This document shows, one piece after another, positions 53,330 to 56,899 of a DNA stretch of 56,899 nt. The stretch is from Planctomycetota bacterium (GTDB lineage Bacteria; Planctomycetota; Phycisphaerae; SM23-33): the NCBI GenBank assembly GCA_026693065.1, contig JAPLNA010000230.1:2726-59624 (forward strand), in the 5' to 3' direction. The notes beneath the pieces were generated by a model that saw only the letters and a list, made by a program, of their open reading frames with translations, ran no database searches and was not told the DNA's origin. The stretch's first letter is position 1. Each line of letters begins with the position of its first letter. A program made the translations under genes and the position numbers.

Positions 53330-54943
53330 ATGGCGAAGAGCACTGCCAAGCGTCTGGCGTTCCTGACGGTCGTCGCATTGACAGCGGCGGCGTGGGGACA
53401 GACGACCAGGCCCGAGAACGCGCGAGTCAGGGCGGACGGGTGGTTCCCGGCCCGGGCGGGTCAGTCGTCGCGGCCCGCGAGGCCGGGTGAGGTCCGCAAC
53501 GCCTTCGTCATTCCCATCCACGGCGAAATCAACGCGAGTCTCCTGGAGACCGTCGAACGCAAGATCGTCCTGTGCCGGGGCAAAGGGGCCGACCTCGTCA
53601 TCTTCGACGTCGATACGTACGGCGGCGAGATCACCGCCATGGACCGGATCTGCCAGGCCATCACCCGCGACCTGGCTCAGACGTACACCGTCGCGTTCGT
53701 GAACCCCAAGGCCATCAGCGCCGGGGCGATCATCTCGCTGGCCTGCAGCGAAATCGTCGTCCGCCGGGGCAGCGTGATCGGCGACGCTCTGGCCGTCCGG
53801 ATCGGGCCCGACGGGCGGATGGAACACGCCGCCGACGAGGAAGTGCGGAACAAGTTGCGATCCTACAAGTACGCCGGCGCGCGGGCGCTGGCGCAGTTGA
53901 ACGGCTACAGCGAGGACTTGTGCGCGGCGATGGAGAAGACGCACGTGGAGGTCTGGCTGATCCGCCACCGCGCCACCGGGCGGCTGGACACCGTCGACCC
54001 GGACAAGAACCGCTGGCGGTCGCGGGTAGCCGGCGCCCCCGGCACCTCCGGCGGGGCCGGCGCTGAAGAAACGCTCGAATGGGAATACCTCCGCCGCATC
54101 GTGCCCGGCAACGAGGTGCTGACGCTGACGGCGGATGAGGCCTTCGCGTTCGCCCTGGCCGAGCGGGTCGTGCCCGACGAGGCGGCCCTGCTGGCCGGGC
54201 TGCACGTGCAGGGGGACCCCACGCGGCTGAGCGACACCGCCCTCGATACGCTGATCGCCATCATGACCTCGACGTGGATGACGACGCTCCTGATCGCCGC
54301 GGGCGTGTTCCTGGCCTACGCCGAGCTGCACGCCCCCGGGCACGCCGTCTCGGGCGTCGGGGCGATCCTGTGCTTCGCCGCCCTGTTCGGCGGGCGATAC
54401 ATCGCCGGGCTCGCCGGGCCCATCGAGATGATCGTCTTCGTCCTCGGGGCCGTCCTGATCCTCGTGGAGATCTTCGTCATCCCCGGGTTCGCCGTCTCGG
54501 GCGTCGTGGGGATCCTCTGCTGCCTGGCAGCCCTGGTGGCCGTGATGATCCCGCACGCGCCGGGCGAGGTGCCCATCCCTCGCAGCCCGTTGGACTGGCA
54601 GGTTCTCCAGCGCGGGCTCGCGGGCCTGGGGCTGGGCGTCGTCGGGGCGATCGTCCTGGCGGCAATGCTGATGCGGTATTTTGAGAAGGTGCCGCTGGCC
54701 AACAAGCTGCTCCTGCCCGAGGCGGCGGGGGCCTCCGGCGTCCCCGTGCCCGAGGGCTCGCCCGTCCTGCGAATCCGCGAGGGCGACCGGGGCGTCGTCG
54801 CGGGCATGTGCAGGCCCGTCGGCGTCGTCCGCTTCGGCAACGACCTCTTCGACGCCATGACCGAGGGCGAACCCCTGGACCCCGGAACGAACGTGCGAGT
54901 CATCCGTTGCGAAGGAAACCGGCTCGTCGTGGAGAAGGTGTAA
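53330..54943 (+). CDS. NfeD-family membrane-bound serine protease (ClpP-like + TM + OB domain)
   Basis: IPIHGEI, VDTYGG, AISAGAIISLAC, NK, TM bundle, LVEIFVIPGF..G, C-terminal RPVG..DA..GE..V. Confidence 0.88.
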   Translation: MAKSTAKRLAFLTVVALTAAAWGQTTRPENARVRADGWFPARAGQSSRPARPGEVRNAFVIPIHGEINASLLETVERKIVLCRGKGADLVIFDVDTYGGEITAMDRICQAITRDLAQTYTVAFVNPKAISAGAIISLACSEIVVRRGSVIGDALAVRIGPDGRMEHAADEEVRNKLRSYKYAGARALAQLNGYSEDLCAAMEKTHVEVWLIRHRATGRLDTVDPDKNRWRSRVAGAPGTSGGAGAEETLEWEYLRRIVPGNEVLTLTADEAFAFALAERVVPDEAALLAGLHVQGDPTRLSDTALDTLIAIMTSTWMTTLLIAAGVFLAYAELHAPGHAVSGVGAILCFAALFGGRYIAGLAGPIEMIVFVLGAVLILVEIFVIPGFAVSGVVGILCCLAALVAVMIPHAPGEVPIPRSPLDWQVLQRGLAGLGLGVVGAIVLAAMLMRYFEKVPLANKLLLPEAAGASGVPVPEGSPVLRIREGDRGVVAGMCRPVGVVRFGNDLFDAMTEGEPLDPGTNVRVIRCEGNRLVVEKV

Positions 54944-55435
54944 ATGGAACCCGTATGGATCATCGTGCTCCTGCTGGCGGCCTCGCTGGTCGTGCTGTTC
55001 CTGGAAATCCTCACGCCCACCTTCGGGCTGCTCGCGGTGCTGGGTACGGCCGGGCTGGTCGGAGCGGCCTGGGTCGCCTTCACGGTGAGCACCGCCGCGG
55101 GAGTCGGAGTCTCGGCGGGCATTCTCGTCGGCGTGCCGATCTACCTGACGGCCCTGGTGAAGATCCTGCCCAGGACGCGGCTCGGGCAGATGCTCTTTCT
55201 CAAGAGCACCGAGGTCGGCAAGGCCGAGGGAATCCCCGAGGCGGAGTTTTACGAGAAGCTCATCGACAGCGTCGGCGTGGCCGAGACGCCCCTTCGCCCG
55301 GCCGGCGCCGTCCGAGCGGGCGGGCGGCGGATCGACGCGATGGCCGAGGGCGGGCTCATCGAGCGGGGGGGGAAGGTCCGCATCATCCGCGTTTCGGGCT
55401 CCAGTTGCATCGTGCGAAAGGTTGAGGACGCCTAG
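54944..55435 (+). CDS. Short NfeD-like protein (TM + OB domain)
   Basis: LEILTPTFGLL; GVAETPLRPAG..IDAMAEG. Confidence 0.85.
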   Translation: MEPVWIIVLLLAASLVVLFLEILTPTFGLLAVLGTAGLVGAAWVAFTVSTAAGVGVSAGILVGVPIYLTALVKILPRTRLGQMLFLKSTEVGKAEGIPEAEFYEKLIDSVGVAETPLRPAGAVRAGGRRIDAMAEGGLIERGGKVRIIRVSGSSCIVRKVEDA

Positions 55436-55498
55436 CGTTCAGGGTATAAGCACTGTGCCGCCTCCGGGCGGTCGCACAACATATTGAAAGGGCACACA

Positions 55499-56557
55499 AT
55501 GATAGCGACGATTCTGGCGGCGGATACTCCGGTTCCTCCGGGCGCGTGGGTCATGCTGGCCATTCTGGTGGTGATCGGGCTGGTAATCATGGGCATGATC
55601 CTGCCCCTGTTCGGGCTGTGGGTGCAGGCGTTGGCGGCCCGGGCGGGCGTGGGCATCTTGGCGCTGGTGGGCATGCGGCTGAGAAAGGTCAACCCCAGCG
55701 TGATCGTGCTCTCTCGCATCCAGGCAGTGCGGGCGGGGCTGAAGCTCTCCACCGTGGAGCTCGAGAGCCACTACCTCGCCGGCGGTCGCCCGGTGAACGT
55801 CGTCCGCGCCCTCATCGCCGCCAACCGCGCCAACATCAACCTGGACTGGAAGCTCGCCACCGCGATCGACCTGGCCGGGCGAGACATCCTCGAGGCCATC
55901 CAGACCTCCGTCAACCCGAAGGTCATCGACTGCCCCAACCCCGCCAGCGGCAAGGTGACGATCGACGCGGTAGCCAAGGACGGCATTCAGGTGAAGGTCA
56001 AGGCCCGCGTCACCGTCCGCACGAACATCTCGCGGCTGGTGGGCGGTGCGACGGAAGAAACGATTATCGCCCGCGTGGGCGAGGGCATCGTCACGTCGAT
56101 CGGCTCGGCCGAAAGCTACAAGACCGTGCTGGAGAACCCCGACCGGATTTCCAAGACCGTGCTGCAGAAGGGCCTGGACGCCGGGACGGCGTTCGAGATT
56201 CTCTCGATCGACATCGCCGACGTGGACGTCGGGGAGAACGTCGGCGCCAAGCTGCAGGCCGACCAGGCCGAGGCCGACAAGCGGCGGTTCCAGGCCGAGG
56301 CCGAGAAACGCCGTGCGATGGCCATGGCACAGGAACAGGAAATGAAGGCCAAGGTGCAGGAGAACCGCGCGAAGGTCGTGCTGGCCGAGGCGGAGGTTCC
56401 GCTGGCGATCGCGGAGGCCTTCCGCAAAGGCAACCTGGGCATCATGGACTTTTACCGGCTGAAGAACATCCAGTCGGACACACGGATGCGGGAGAGCATC
56501 GCGGGCGAAGAGGGCGGCCGGCCGGACTCGCCCCGCAGCGAACAGCCGCGAATCTGA
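55499..56557 (+). CDS. floA: Flotillin-like protein FloA (YqfA family)
   Basis: [78 protein letters not shown]. Confidence 0.95.
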   Translation: MIATILAADTPVPPGAWVMLAILVVIGLVIMGMILPLFGLWVQALAARAGVGILALVGMRLRKVNPSVIVLSRIQAVRAGLKLSTVELESHYLAGGRPVNVVRALIAANRANINLDWKLATAIDLAGRDILEAIQTSVNPKVIDCPNPASGKVTIDAVAKDGIQVKVKARVTVRTNISRLVGGATEETIIARVGEGIVTSIGSAESYKTVLENPDRISKTVLQKGLDAGTAFEILSIDIADVDVGENVGAKLQADQAEADKRRFQAEAEKRRAMAMAQEQEMKAKVQENRAKVVLAEAEVPLAIAEAFRKGNLGIMDFYRLKNIQSDTRMRESIAGEEGGRPDSPRSEQPRI

Positions 56558-56563
56558 TCGACC

Positions 56564-56899
56564 ATGGAACCCATCCACGTCATCCTGGGCGCCGGAGGCG
56601 ACGGCGCCGGCGGCATCATTGGCCTGATCGTGCTGGCGGTCTTCATGGTCGTCGGCAGCCTGGTTAAAGGCGCCGCCAAGGCGAGGGAGGAGAAGGAGGC
56701 CCAGGAGCGAGAGGCCGCCCGCCGCCGTCGCCCGGGCGTCGGACCCCAGGGGCAGGCGGAGGAATTGCATGTTCCGCGTCCGCCCCTGCTGTCCAAGGCC
56801 GCTCGGCGCGCCGCCGCGGCGGCCGCCGCTCAGGCTGCCCAGGTCGCCAAACGCCCCCCGCGGCGGGAAACGCTGGGCGAGGGCGTGCAGGAAGAGCTC
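56564..56899 (+). CDS. Hypothetical membrane-anchored protein after floA, 3'-truncated
   Basis: MEPIHVILG..IIGLIVLAVFMVVGSLV then a charged/Ala-Pro-rich region; open to the window end. Confidence 0.6.
   Translation, partial: MEPIHVILGAGGDGAGGIIGLIVLAVFMVVGSLVKGAAKAREEKEAQEREAARRRRPGVGPQGQAEELHVPRPPLLSKAARRAAAAAAAQAAQVAKRPPRRETLGEGVQEEL

Noticed and set aside
1-56899. tRNA, rRNA, prophage, integron integrase or IS transposase
   Set aside because: None recognised by eye; a covariance-model and HMM scan would be needed to exclude small or divergent ones.

Overview
A 56.9-kb, very GC-rich bacterial chromosomal window. The gene content suggests an anaerobic planctomycete (Phycisphaerae-like), but that is inference only. 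It carries: a four-gene DUF6754-type membrane operon; a GH130/ABC sugar locus; an MBL-rhodanese fusion; a TIGR03790-like protein; an ECF sigma factor coupled to a giant FecR-VIT-vWA-TPR protein; pyk; an unusual RecQ; a secreted Zn-phospholipase C/P1-like protein with a lipoprotein partner; cysM; an AOR plus class II aldolase pair; a small island of toxin-antitoxin debris; a large carbohydrate cluster (two GH4, araB, UroD-like, DUF2961/GH172, GH116); and an nfeD-nfeD-floA operon. I saw no rRNA, tRNA, CRISPR array, integrase, transposase or reverse transcriptase. The most striking unexplained structure is non-coding. Many intergenic gaps hold 7- or 9-nt-periodic arrays, often paired as long inverted arms around a short spacer, and one arm pair brackets cysM. 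There are also REP-like palindromes and an AT-rich 11-bp tandem array near an orphan consensus promoter. At least five genes are frameshifted by apparent short deletions, and two more appear truncated; these may be real decay or assembly error. Family assignments come from motif recognition, not database searches.
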